A stretch of DNA of 64,000 nucleotides. Source: Vermamoeba vermiformis (lineage: Eukaryota). The number at the start of each line of letters is the position of its first letter. Position 1 is the first letter of the stretch. The stretch is from NCBI GenBank assembly GCA_045837725.1, contig JBEWZL010000282.1:1-64000 (forward strand), given 5' to 3'. The notes under the pieces are model-generated. The model had not been told where the DNA came from. It saw only the letters and a program-made list of their open reading frames with translations, and searched no databases. The translations under genes were made by a program, and so were the position numbers. Positions 11,267 to 25,099 of the stretch are shown in pieces.

Positions 11267-13280
11267 CTATACAGTTGCTGGTAGTTGAGATGCGTCAGAG
11301 ATCAAAAATTTAGTGTTAGTGAAGTCTTCAAGCAGCGGATTGTATTTGGTTTTGGTCTCGGTGAGCGACGTGTTTGCGTACCTTCGCATGAATTCACTGG
11401 TCGAGAATATAACTCTCGATGCCCTGCAGATAAGTTAGTCCCGAGTACTGCAAATTAGCACGTTCTTACCGATCTTTGATGCCATAGACTTGCTTGTAGA
11501 CTATCTCCAAGTTGTCGAAGTTGGTAGGGAAGTAAATGTCGCACGTGCCCAGTGCTGGCGAATTTAAATAAGAGTGATAAATCTTCGTTTTGTTGCCCTG
11601 AGGTGCTAACATTATGTAAATGCATGTAAAGTGATAGGACTCTTCGCTCTACTTACTTCAGTTCGATGTACGAGAGGGCCATTAACTCCATCTCTCATGG
11701 CGTCTGCAACCAATATTAGCCTTGCATATTACAGATGTTAAACAATACCTTCTAGTTCTTCAAAGTCAGCCAGAATCAGCTGATGTTGAGGGAGCTGCCG
11801 ACGAATTTTCTGTAACATGAGCATTGACGTTGTTGGCAGATAAACAGCACTCTTCTCGACACTTTTCGCAAAACTAAACAGTCCTGATGTATTTCTAACG
11901 TCGATGTAGTCTAGAAACTGTTGTCTTTTCTTCGATTTCAATAAATTCATCAATTCTTCTTTGGAGCTTGATGCTTGCAAGACCGGCAATTGCAACAAGT
12001 CCCAAAACAATTTGTTATCTCTGCCAGATGCGTTGGTACTCGTTATATATTGTAGTCATTGCGTCCTATACTTACTCATTCTTGTCAAGGCCATAGAAAG
12101 CTTTGATCGTCTGCAGATATTGAATAATGAGCGGATCCGTCACGTCCCTTCGTTGTTCGATAAACTCTATTGTACATTAGTTATTAAGCCCGTTACCAAT
12201 TAATGTATGTCCCGTGCCTTTTTCGTTCTTAGCGTCTACCCAAGTCTCATAAAATTTGTTCTGCGCTTCGTCGAACACAACTTTGTCATGAGGCATGTTG
12301 TCCAACACTTCAAGTCCAATAACAAAGCCGTAAAGTGGGCATTAGACTGGTGAACTGTCATAATATACTTTATACTTATCTTATTTTCATTGGTTTCCTC
12401 CCATGTCAAAAAATCTTTGTTTTCGAGTCTGACCTTGCTCGCGTGGTTAGCGAGGGTTTGTTTTTGAATTTGATGAAATTTCTTGCTAACATCGACGATG
12501 GTGTACTGCGTGCTCTCGTAAAGCTTCTTCTCCTTGGTCTGTATTGGAGTTAAAATTGTGCACTCGAAAATAATTGGATCTGCTCACCTTTAAATAATCC
12601 AATATACCGAGGGCACAAGTTCCATTTCCTCCTCCAATCTCAATAATATTTAACGGCGATGTATTTCTAAATTAATGTTAGCGACTGCTCGGGTGCAACA
12701 AATGACTGCGTACTTCTTCGCGCTATTGATGCTGACAATGTAATTTGCTAGAGCTCGTGCATAATGAGGCTTGAATATTTCAACGGGCGTTAGAAAGCCA
12801 TGAGCACCTTGATACTGATTGAACAACGCTTTTTTATACCTAGGTTGTCAATGTTAGAGGTTTTTCATAGCCAAGCAAACGACGTACGCTGACTCGCCGA
12901 ACATTTGCTTGAACTGCAGTGGTTCAGAGATGTGCACGGGTCCTTCGTGGAAATAGCCGTAGTCTTGATTATAAAGATAGTCACGAAAGAACTCGCGCAG
13001 TATCATTGTCTTGGCACTAGTACTGGCGAACTTTGGAATATTCAGATCAATTTTGTTTCGTAATTATGAAGATAGGTCTTACTCGTGAAGAAGGCTTCGA
13101 ACGAAATTGGGAGGGAGCAGATCTGATTAATTTTAAATTAATTACAGAAAAATCAAAAGTCATTTAGTATTTCGCAATCTACAACCAATAATGATCATAG
13201 GAAAGAAAAAATTATCCTTAAATTTACCTGAGGTTGCACCATAAAGATCGAGAGATGCCCACCTTCAAAGAGCCAAACAT
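11267..13280 (-). CDS. NDUFAF7: NDUFAF7/MidA-family SAM-dependent methyltransferase (Methyltransf_28), probably mitochondrial
   Basis: Presequence-like N-terminus, then LREFFRDYLYNQDYGYF, FLTPVEIFKPHY, IEIGGGNGT, LEVLDNMPHD, CDIYFPTNF and YNPLLEDFTN. Confidence 0.8.
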
Positions 13281-13602
13281 TCTTGCGTGTCAAAATGTTC
13301 TTTTGTCTAAAACTAGATATTAAAGCATAAAATAATATAAGGACTTTTGCTTAGTAGCGCCGTTGTTTGGCCACAGGCACCTAAAAGTAAATGCTCAGTT
13401 CCACAAACGGTCTGATCGCTGAACACGAAAAATTAAACTGTGCTAAAAGGCTTAGGACTCAATTAGCAGCCTCCCAAGCGTTGGTGTTCGTGCAATGAAT
13501 TTTTCTGGTTCGTCGTGGAAGAGCAGCCAGACCGAAATTGGAAACGCACAAATAAACTTCTTTTTCTTTTTAACTCGTGTTACCATAGCAACAACAGCAG
13601 CT

Positions 13603-16600
13603 ATGGTACGAAAACATCTAAAATTATATTTATTTTTATTAATTACTGCGGCTATCACGTTCTTCTTATTTGGCGAGCAATTACTCCATCCACAAGTACC
13701 GCCAGTGCAGCCCCCTCCTCTTATCAGAATACCGAACAGCGCAAGGAATTACACCCAACATCAATACACTATTCAAAGTACAGAACCGAGTCATAATATA
13801 GAAGGCATAGTGTTTGGCACCGTACTCAAATCTGCTGAAAATGCGAAAACGACTATATTTGGCTTAGCCGATAGGCTTATGGAAGGACTCAAAGTCCGTG
13901 ACTCGTCAGATAATTTAAAGCTTGCGGTATTTGACGTATTCGGAGCTTTCGAAGATCTTGATATGGACCGAGTGGAAGACGAGAAAAGAATCAAAATATT
14001 AATTTATCCAATGAAAAAATCATACGATCCATGCTTAATACTGACAAAGGATGAGGTACGCAGCAGGAATTTTTCGAAAATTTAAAAATTATTTTTAATT
14101 TTTTAAAATGCAGTGGAAGTCCTCAGGGTGGCAGAAATTACTTAATTCAAGATTAGAATCGCTATATACGGCGGATTTTATTCACGAGATTGAGAAATCA
14201 TTCGGGTAAGTTCTCTACATGTCACAAACCACTCTCATACCAACGCATATTTTCAGGGACAATGAAGGCATTTATCTCCACCTATTACACAATAGTTTAG
14301 AACTTAAAAATGAGTGGAACGTTGATTTGCCCGAGGAGACAACGACCATTGTTAACTCGGTAAGTCGAACGCTGCGTGCTGTCACGTGTCTAACCATTAT
14401 TGCAGGACAACCTCATCGCTGGATTTATGATATCGACAGCTGACTTGCATAGAATTGAAGAAGACATGCGCCAAAAAGTGTTCAGTGGTTCATCCGTCAA
14501 AGAGATTCTTCTCGAAGAGATTAGCACGCAAGTAAGAGAACACTGCCCCGCTTTATAATTATAATTAACGTATTCATTTGTAGGCCTCTAAATTGGAAAT
14601 TGCCGAAGGTGCAGTTACTGAAGACGTGTTCTCTGTGCCAATAGACAGAGATTTCCACGACTGCGAAGTTCACGCACCAATTCCGTGGCCACTACCTTCG
14701 TCAATCGAACACAATACGGCCAATATGGACACACGCGTTTTAATCCCCACTGAGCTAGTTTACCACACCGAAGACTCGGTTGTTCTTCCAGAATGGTTCC
14801 ATGATGCCATAGGAACATTGTTCCAACAAATCTTAACCGTGCAAAATATTCCGCAAATGAAGGCCGAAGATGTCGCTGCCTTACCCGAGCTGGCTTATAT
14901 CAACTTCAATATCAATGATAACAACGATGCTATTCCGTACGGTGACAACGAGGAGTACATTATCTCAATGGATACTAAAACTCACTCGATCAATATAACC
15001 GCACCGTCCGCGTTTGGTGCTCTTAGAGCAATGCAATCGCTTGCTCAGCTCGTGCGCCAAGGACGCGGATTTAACTACATTCCAAACTTCCCCATCACGA
15101 TCAAAGACAGGCCCAAGTTTCCTCACCGTGGCCTGTTGTTGGATACTGCGCGCGAGTACTACAAAGTTTCAACGATCAAAAGCATTGTGAAGTTCTTGGG
15201 AGCTAACAAAATGAACGTCCTACATTGGCATATCACCGATGACCACGCGTTCTCCATTGAGTGCAAGAAGTATCCTGGACTTGCGAAAGGTAGCAAATTC
15301 GGAGGACCTTTTTACACGCAAGAAGAAGTCAAAGAGATTGTTGATTTAGCTACACGACACGGCGTTCGAATCATAGCGGAGATTGGTGGCCCCGCGCATG
15401 CAGGTATGGCAACAGGACTTTTGTCGTGACGCGCAATGCTCATTTTTCACACAGGCTCTTGGATTAACGACCACCACCCCGATATGATCGCCAACTGTCC
15501 TAAATTCAGTTGTCAGAAAGCATGGGGTGTCACGATGAATCCAACACTCGATAAGACTTATGGCATGTTGCAAGATTTTTTTAATGAAATGGCTGCTTTG
15601 TTCCCCGATCCTTACATGCACTTTGGTGGCGACGAAGTAAGTTAAAATGAATTGACGACGAGAAGATTTAACTCGACTGCGCTAGGCAACTCCCGAGTGC
15701 TGGTCACAAGATGCGAATGTTGTTTCGTGGATGAGCGCCCACGGCATGCAAACTAACTACGACAAGCTCATGCAACACTTTGAAACAAAATTCCATGATA
15801 TTGCTTCTTCGATCAAGCGTATTGGCATGCGATGGGAAGAAGTACGTATCATTAAATCTTTGCAATCTTCCTCACCTACGTTGTAGGTTTGGTCTCGCCC
15901 TGGCATCAAGCTAGACTGGCCCATCGTAGTTGCATGGATATCAAAGCCATCAGAAAGTTGGATGAACCCTCTCATTCACAATTACAACGTGTCCTTCTTG
16001 AGCTACAACGGCTGGTATCTGAATCACAATGCAGGTAATGCCTTGCAGTGTATAACAACATGTATAGTACTAACATCTCATGACTAAGGTGGCGTTGGAT
16101 GCCAGTCGTGGAGCGAATGTTACAGCACGCAGATCTTCGATCTCGAACCCAATTCCAAACTTTGGAACCGAGTGTTAGGAGGTAAACATAGCGCTTCATC
16201 TATAAGACAGGGTCCTTAGTATATTCTTAGGCTGTGCCTCTGCATGGGAGATGAGCGACGAGCACTTTACTGGAAGAGATCTGTGGTTGCGCACGGCTAC
16301 TCTTTCCGAGGTCAGTTTGTTTTCTCGTTAACCCAACAGGCCGTAGCTAATAGATATAACAGCCACTATGGACTGCCGAAAGTGTAGTTGCTGAAAATAG
16401 ACAGTCGAAAGACCAAAAAGTGCTACCAAGACTTTTGTAAGAGCGCAGATTCGGGACCCATGTAACATAGTACTAATGCTCCTTTTGCAGAGAAATGTGC
16501 CGCTACTTGATGTCAACGCAGTTCTCAAGCGAAGTATATAAGACTCGCCACCCTTGCTGGCATTTGAGTCAAGATTACCTGGGCTCCAAGAGGACGATCG

Positions 16601-16770
16601 ACCAACAACTATTGAAAGAATATTCTATTAGAGAGGCCGAACGTGATGACTTGATTTGCACACGCGTTAAGAATCATTTCAATCCCCCGAACAAGCAGAC
16701 TTTAACCTGCAAGACAAAGAACTGCATTCGCGAGAACATCGGCACGACACACCACGAAACTCCAGGATGA
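13603..16770 (+). CDS. GH20 beta-N-acetylhexosaminidase, type II membrane-anchored, with long N-terminal extension
   Basis: N-terminal TM helix (LYLFLLITAAITFFLF), then DRPKFPHRGLLLDTAR, NVLHWHITDD, catalytic HFGGDE and VLGGCASAWE. Confidence 0.9.
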
Positions 16771-17173
16771 GGCTGGGTAATTGGATAGTCCGTGCGCAAT
16801 TGTAAATTTGTACATAGAAATACTCTGTATTGGTTGATAGCTGAATGTCTCTGTTAAAACTTCAGACAGATTGAATGCAATCGACCTTTTCACCTGATAA
16901 AACTTCCACAACGACCAAATTATTTGACGTGAGTAATATTATTCATCACACAACGGTAATTTGTATTATCCACAGTTGTTTTTAAATCCGCGGGACAATC
17001 TGCAACGGTCACGGTTGTGAATTTTCCAACTCGCAGTCTACCTCTAATAAATACTTGATAGCGACGTAAGCAAGATATCATAATAGTAGGTGTGGTTCCC
17101 ACGACGAGGTGGAATAAAAATTGAAAAACAAAAACGGCAAAATTGAATTTGTTACGGTCTCGTCACCACCACA

Positions 17174-20100
17174 ATGGCCGAGCGAAAAGAATCCTCACGA
17201 AAGCTAGAAGTTGAGGTTAAAGATGATACTAAGCTAAAACAAAAAGATAAAGAGAAGGAAAAATCACGAGGAAAAACTGCAGACGATCTCGAGATCAAAA
17301 ATAAATCGGACGATAAAAGCTCAAGCGAAAAGCGTGCAGCATTAAAAAGGAGTCACAGTAAATCTGGAAGTTTAACTACAAGAGCAATCACACGAAAAGA
17401 GAGTTCTCATCTCGCATTATCTCCAACTGACAAGCGGTCTGGCAGCCCTACTGTTTCACTGGAATTGGCAAAATCGGACGATTCTGCGTTAAAATCCCAC
17501 AGAGAACAATCAACTCCGCCCACCTCTATTAATCTCTCCAAGTCAGAAGAAAAGCCCAATCCAATGGAATCTTCTCTGGGAGCTACGAAGGAAACGCCCA
17601 AGGACGGTGCTTCCATCAGCGAGGAAGGTGAGCCGACTCCAGAACAAGCAAATGATATCGAATATTGGAAGAAGCGTTGTGGAAACCTGGAGCAGGAAGT
17701 GGTACGGATGAGTGTGCAACGAACGATAAATTATTAAATAGGGCATTTAATAATTCTAATATTCTTAGGAAAAATTAAGATATGCAAATAAGTCATTAGA
17801 AGAACAAGTTAGACAACAGAGGCTGCTTATTGTAAGTTTTACACGGTACCGCCCTACAACGGAAACTCACCGCATCTGCTTGAAAATAGGAAAAATTCCT
17901 TCCCAATTCACCAGCGGGTGCTTCACATCCAAAGACAATTCAAAGAACAAACTCAAGTAAGTTTTAGCTGATTTGGATGCGCTCTATTTTTGGTCACCTA
18001 TTTTTTTTACCTCTACGAGTAATCTTGTTGAAATGAAGTCTATCGTCTCGTATAATTTATTATTCTTTACTCAATTCGGTGGCGTTAATTGCAAAATAAT
18101 TAAACGCATTCCGCGGGCTGATCACCAACGGAAATATTGGTTATCAGGCTATTATCGGCGTAGGCTTGTAACCCAAATTCATTTTTTAATTTAGCGACCG
18201 CAATTAAATTTTTAATTTTTTATCTCGCGGCTGGGATCACCGAATTTTTCTCGCTGCTCTCGTATTTAATATAATTAATGCATTCATTCATTACGATCAT
18301 TTATACATTTTTATACTCCAAAGTTACCGTTACAAACAATTGACGCGAGTTTTCTTTGTGTTCCCGTTCGTATTTTAATTTCCCTACTACCACAGGCGGA
18401 GATGCTAAAGAAGAGGTTGAAAAGCGTACAAAAGAAAAGAAAGAAGAGGAGCTCGTGCCCAAGTTGCAATTGGAGACTTTCAAGCGCACGCACAAGCCGG
18501 CTATTCTTTCCAAAAAAGGTGATTAAACGCCACTGTGCTTTACGTTATTTTTTTGAATTATTTAATGCATTATCTAATTATTGCTTGTACCAGACCCTGA
18601 TGACCGTACACGTGTCGTTGCTGAGATGTTGACTACAGAACAGAGCTATTTGCACGGCATTGAAATTATGCTCAACAATTACTTGTATCCTCTTCGCAAA
18701 GCAGCGCAAAAAGACAAAGACAACACCAAGAAAGACGCACACAAGAAGGTTGAGGGCTCAGACGTTGACTCAATTTTCTTGAATATTGAACAATTGCACT
18801 TAATCAACTCCAACATGTACGAGCAATTGTTGAAGCGCTTGGATGACTGGGAGACCAATGACACTATTGGTGACTTGTTGGCTGAATGGGTAAGTGCGCG
18901 AATGATCGATGGAGCTCGTTGCTAACGTGAGTATTCAGGCTCCTAAATTGAAGCCTTATTGCCGTTACGGAGGTAACTACGAAGCAGCTATTCAGCGCGT
19001 GCAAGAGTTGAAGGAGAAGAACGTCCAGTTCGCTAAGATTCTGGATGCATGCGACCAACAATCAAATGCTTTCAACGGTCTCTCTTTGCGCGATTACATG
19101 ATTATGCCCGTGCAACGTGTTCCTCGTTACAGCTTGTTGTTCCACGTAAGTCATTAGATGCATTAGTGCTGCTACAGAACTAACGTGAAACTCGTTCAGG
19201 ATCTGTTGAAGAAGACTGACAAGGCGCATCGCGACTATGAAAAGCTCACAGTTGCTTGCCTTGAAATTGAAAAGACAGCTAACGCCGTCAACGAGCAAAT
19301 TCGCCAGTTCCAAAACGAGACTAAATTGGCTGAAATTTACAACAGAGGCGGTAACTTCATGGTACGGAAACTTCGTTTATTGCCCCGAGCGAATCTAATC
19401 CTATTGTGCAGATCTTGAAAGATTCGTATCGCCGATTCGTTCGCGATTGGAATATGGAGATCGTTATGGACATGAACGATAAGAAGTTTGGCAAGAAAGA
19501 AGGAGAGTTGATTTTATTCAACGACTTGTTCGTCTCGTCGAATTTCATTATGAGAAAGGCTACGTTGGCTGAAGCTGCCCAAGTTGTACCATTGATGTGG
19601 CTCGAAGTTGATATTGCTAAGCGACAGAAGTGGATGGAGCAATTAAACGGTAAGCAAGTGCTCTTATTAACTCTATATCAATCGCACGTACCACATTTGT
19701 TTATGATGGAGAAAAAACGCTGATCATAATGAACGACACCACATAATCGCCAGTCCAGTCTGATCAAACAAATCCTTCTTTTTCTTCGCGCTACTTCTTT
19801 ACTTCACAAGGAAGTTACTAATACTTTTATCTTTGCCAGCTGAATCTTTGTCCGCCGAGAACGCCGTGATTTTGTACGGCCCTGAACGTGCTTGGTATAT
19901 CAAAGCCAAGAACATGAAGGAGCGCAATGAATTTGTCGAGTACATGGCTAAAGTTGTCGGTATTGCTGATATGGGCGACAAGGCTGCTATGCGCGAAGGT
20001 ACTCGCAAGGGTGCTTTCACCTTCACAATGCCCAAGGGTCACTATGATGGCGAATGGATGGCAGGGCAAATGCACGGAAGAGGCAAATATGTCCGTGATG

Positions 20101-22491
20101 ATGGCGCTGTTTTCGACGGCTACTGGGACGCACGCATCATGGCAGGATTTGGTGTTGTTTCCTTGCCCGATCAAGAGCCATTCACTTCTGGCTGGCTCAA
20201 CAACCGCACGACTGAAGGCGGCAATGTTGAAGTTGCTTCGAAAGAACACGACTTCTGGAGCGCGGGAGTAAGTACAGAATATAAATGATTAGCACGCGGA
20301 GGTAATTAACGATAAATTTAAGGGTCTCACCGACTCTGACTGGCAAGTTTTGTTGCTCGGTGCTCAAGAAGTCACGATGAAGAAGGACGAAAAGATCATC
20401 GAACAAGGTATCACAAACGAGAACTTGTACAAAGTCAAGAGTGGTACTATCCGAGTCGAAAAACAATTGCCCGACGGCAGTAAGAAGCTGTTGGTCAAAT
20501 TGGGTGCCAACGAGACGTTCGGTGACACTTCGGTCCTTCAATCTCTTGCCACGGCAACGGCTAGCGTCATCGCAGATTCAGATCAAGTTGTGTTGCGTGT
20601 CATCCAAATTGATCTCGTCTTCGAGATTTTCAAGAACAACCCTGGCTTGTGCATGCGATTCTACAGACAGATGGCCACAAAGCTCGCTGAACGCTTGCGT
20701 AACTTGCACAACAAGGCTCCTTTGCCCAAGAAAGACGACCTCAAGGCTGAGTCTAGCGATGGTCCTGGTAGCAGCGGTCCCGGCAGTACAGCTTCGAGTG
20801 GCGAACACACTCCGACCCTCACTGAGCGTTTGTCCACTCGCAACTTGAAGCGCATCTCAATGCACTCTGCAGACTTGGACTCCAACTCAGGCACTTCAAC
20901 GCCACGAGAAAGCACTCCTGCTACTGAGCGTAAGAAGGACAAAGACAAGAAGGACAAAGATAAGGAAAAGGACAAGAAGAAGCAGGTTGCCGAAGTTAGC
21001 TTCCATGAGAAGTTTGACTTGCCCTTGACCGAGGTCGTTATCAAAGAAGTCCGTTGTGAAATCAAGATGTCGACGTCGAAGAAGCCCGGTCAAATGTACA
21101 TTTCTCAGCGATACGTCTGCTTCGACTCCAGTCTCTTTGGCTCTCACACCAAGGAAGTCGTGCAGCTTAGCAAGGTCACTGACATCACAATGAAGAAGAA
21201 GGACTTGAAGTTGAAGATGAAAAAGAATCAAGTAAGTAATTTGCTCATCTAAGTTATCCTTTTGAATCGTTTTGGTCCAAATATGATGAACTCCAAACGA
21301 ATTTCATGCGTGTCAGATGATATCCGTGATTTTAAAACCTATCTGAGGGATCCAAATTCATCTTTTTGTTGTCGAAGATGCCACGAACCAATACTAACGT
21401 TTATATAGTACACGTTCATTTTCAATGCTAGCTTAGAAGAAGTTCACAGCTTAATTGTCAGTTTGTGGGAGAAGGCTAAGCAAGAAGCAGGCGAGAGAAG
21501 TGATGGTACTGCTTCTGGTCCTGCCTCCACCGAAGTTTCCTCGCGCAAACTTGAATCTAAGCCAAGTCGACGTATTTCTCTTAATCCACAGACTGCCAAG
21601 GCAAGCTTGGAGCCCAAGGCTACCGAAGAGGATTGGCGCTTAGTGCTCCAAGGTGCGAAGGATCTTCACTTCCAAAAGGATCAAGTGATCTTGAAGGAAG
21701 GTGTCGAGCACCAGTGTGTTTATCAGATCGTTCACGGCAACTGTCGCATCGAAAAGGAGACCCCTGAAGGCGTCAAGAAGGTTCTCGGAAGCATGGAACA
21801 AGGTCAATTGTTCGGTGAAATGTCGTTCTTACAGGGCGGTGGTGCTACAGTCTCTGTCGTGGCTGATGAAGAAGTTACCGTATACGTGATTGAAGGTGAC
21901 TACATCAACGCGCTCTTTGGTCGTCACCCTGATTTGGCTGGTCGCTTCTATCACTTCTTGTCGTCAGTTTTGGCCAACCGCTTGAACAAGCGTGAAAGTG
22001 ATTTGGCTAAGGTAACTAACTCCACGCTCCTACCATCGGCGACCGATGACTAACGATACTTGTCTCAGGCTGAGGAGAAGGCCAAGTCGCGTCGTGCCAA
22101 GTCAAAGCGTATCTCGACTGCAAGCACTGACCTCAGCGCCGATCGCAAGGGACTCGGTGAAAGTGCAGACGAGCTCGCTAAATCGAGTGAAGAAGGCTCT
22201 CATACTGAGAAGAAGCGACGAAAGAAGAAAGACCGCGAGAGTGGCGATGATTGGAGCAAGCTCGAGAATCAAATCAACACCAAGCACGACGAAGTGGAAT
22301 CAGAATTTGCTCGTGCTAACAGCAACTTGAAGGATATTCCAGAAGAACAAGAGAAGAAAAAGAAGACTACTGAGGGAGAGTCCGGTCCTTCCTCCGACAA
22401 CCCAAAGAAGATTCGCAAGACAAAGTCAACGCGCGATACCAAAAAGGACGCTGTGAATCCGACCATTGTTGTTGAAGAAGAGAAAAAATAG
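17174..22491 (+). CDS. RhoGEF (DH-PH) with MORN repeats and a cNMP-binding/GRAM/cNMP-binding module
   Basis: DH: VVAEMLTTEQSYL, IFLNIEQL, IMPVQRVPRYSLL. PH: LILFNDLFV. MORN: YDGEWMAGQMHGRGKY. cNMP: LYKVKSGTIRVE...ETFGD and VYQIVHGNCRIE...LFGEMSFL. GRAM: FHEKFDLP...GQMYISQRYVCF. Confidence 0.9.
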
Positions 22492-22665
22492 GCTAAATAG
22501 GAGTATTAATTTGCTCACTTGTAATAATACCTTTTCAATGTTTGTATGTTAAATAAAATTAAACAGGAAACAAAATCAAGCCGACCAAATTTGGAAATCA
22601 ACGTCGTTCCCGCGCTTTCAATTGAAAAAGGCCGGTTCGTTTTTTCCACCGTTATTTCTAACAAT

Positions 22666-25029
22666 ATGAAGCCTATAAAATACACGTACGCATCTCCAAA
22701 GCGAAAGAGGTCAGAGCTGCTTCCAACAATAAGCGCAATAAGTGTGGAGCCAATCCGCACTTCTACTACTAATAAACCTGAAATCACGGCCAGAAAGGGA
22801 CTAAAAAGGAGTTTATCTGTAAGTTATGCCGATTGTAAATTAAAACCTGGCTGACTGGCAGTTACAGGCAGATTCGGATGTCGTAGAACGCTTGTTAAAG
22901 AAGCGAAAACAGGAGTTTGATACCGTGGATCAAGTTAGTTTAGTAGAGGAGAAGAGGCACTTTGAATTAGAATACGCTAAAGTCGATCTAGTAGAAGAAA
23001 ATCGTGGACCATTCTGGAACGACTTGCCGCTTGAGCTGTTTTCCAAAGTTGCCGAGTTATTAACGCACAGCGAAATTGTTTCGTTGGCTACAGCGTGTAA
23101 GTTGATTATTTGGTGTTGCAATCTTCGATCTAATTGAGTTGCTTGGGCAGGTAGGAGCTCATCTCAATTACTTCAAATGGAAGAGCTATGGAGACGATTT
23201 TATTTTGAGTATAATTGGAAATTAGATGATCATATTAAAGAACAGAAGGAATTAAAGAAAAACGGTCCGCCAGAGCAAGATTCAGATCAAGCCAACTTCT
23301 GGCGCAGCAAGTATAAACAAACGCACGTCAAAGAGTGGATGAAAGAACGAACAAAAACACCCGTTAGAACGTATTCGAAACGATTTCAAATAATTTCACC
23401 AACAAAACCGCGAACTTTATCAAGATCACTTTCCGATCTGCACAACAATAGAAAATGGAGGATTTTAGCGATCAACGTGAATACAAAAGGACAGTTAGGC
23501 CGAGCAGATTGACAAAGTTGTGCTTGAAATGCATCAAAAAGCACCCTGAAGCTGTCAAAAATAAGATCTTCGCGCATCCGCTGAATAATAAAATTCTAGA
23601 ATTTTTGTTTACTACGCGGGAGATCATTACGGTTGAAGACATCAAAGGAATACTGTTTTCCATCGAGAAATTAAATTTTACAGAGTATGTAGTGAAAGTC
23701 TTATTAATTTCTCAATGTTCACAGTATAAATTAATCCTTCGAACGTTTTGCAATGCAACTATTAACTCAATATTACATAGATCAATATTTGAGCCATTAG
23801 AAGTCCTTGAAGAGTTATCGAAGAGATCTTCGTTCATTAAGAAACTTCATTTGGGCGGTGTGCCGTACGATGATGGCAATCTTAATGTCAGTGCTGCTAA
23901 TTAATCGGATATTAAGTTTTTAACGTACCTTTTAAGGCCCTTGCTGAGGTAGTTGAAAAGTTTCAAACCGAAGAACTCCAAGTGACAGTTCAAGCCAATT
24001 CTGCAGGCGAAAAGGTGCTGAAACGATTGAATAAAAGAATCAACAAATTGACTCTTGGTTATGGTCCGATTGAAGGTGCGTTAATTGCAGCTCCGTAAAA
24101 AAACTAATTTGAAACAGGCGATTTCATGCACAAGCTTCAATTCTACTGCCCTAATTTGGTTAAAATTGACTTTGCCAATGCCTCTATTACTGGTTTACAG
24201 TAAGTTAAACTAAAGCAGACAATAGTTTGCTTTGGCTCTAACAGTCTTTGAAAGATTACATCCGCTGTTGGACATGCCTTCAGTGGCCTCTATTAAAGCC
24301 TATTCGTGCACACTAGACGACACATTCGTCACCCAACTTTCACTGAAAAAACCGTTCTTGAAAGAACTGTTCATTTGCTGGAACGAGTGCTCTATTCGCG
24401 TGTCATCATTTATTGGCTTTAAAGGTACTAAGACGATTATAATTCAATATTATTAACTTACTGCTAGAATTGACGAGTTTGGCATTGAGTTACACACCAC
24501 TAGTCTATGATGTGGATCTGGCATTTATTTTGGAAAACAATCCAAATCTCAAGCACTTGGTACGGTGGTTATTAGTATTTTGAATCGTATTTATAATGAA
24601 CAAAAGATTTTAACCAAATGCGGCCTGAGCGAAGTGACGTGCAAAGTATTGTCAACATTGACCAAGTTAGAAGAGTTGATCATTCCCGAAACGCTTCTGT
24701 TCACCGAATATTTTAAACACTTAAGCAAATGCACCTCGATAACTAAACTAGTACGTATCACCGCAACATTCGATCATTTGACTAATCTTTGACAGAATAT
24801 CTCCGACGTGACCCTGATCAACGATGACATGTGCCACTTCATTCCATCATTGCCGCGGTTATCATCGCTCGAAATAGATTCAGTGGCCTTCTTCGAAAGT
24901 CCAGAGTGCGGTGTAGCTCCGTCGTTGAAAACAATTGTGACTCGACCAAAGTTCAAATACGACTTACCGAGCTTGCTGAAGAAATGTCCAAATTTGGAAA
25001 AAATCATTGTAGAAGAGCCTGATTTCTAA
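22666..25029 (+). CDS. F-box and leucine-rich repeat protein
   Basis: F-box WNDLPLELFSKVAELL...SLATAC...ELWRRFY followed by LxxLxL repeats ending LLKKCPNLEKI. Start codon uncertain (22546 or 22666). Confidence 0.75.
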
Positions 25030-25099
25030 TAAACCGGTTCGAGCCTTGGACGAATTTGAGTTTTAATAACAATCTACAAAAGTTGCTGGTTGCTACTAA

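Noticed and set aside
16310-16495. Apparent frameshift at the end of the GH20 gene
   Set aside because: Resolved by an extra exon (PLWTAESV...LPRL) that restores the frame.
19799-22466. Multiple overlapping alternative-frame and antisense ORFs within the RhoGEF-cNMP gene
   Set aside because: Expected from biased codon usage and low-complexity K/E/S tracts.
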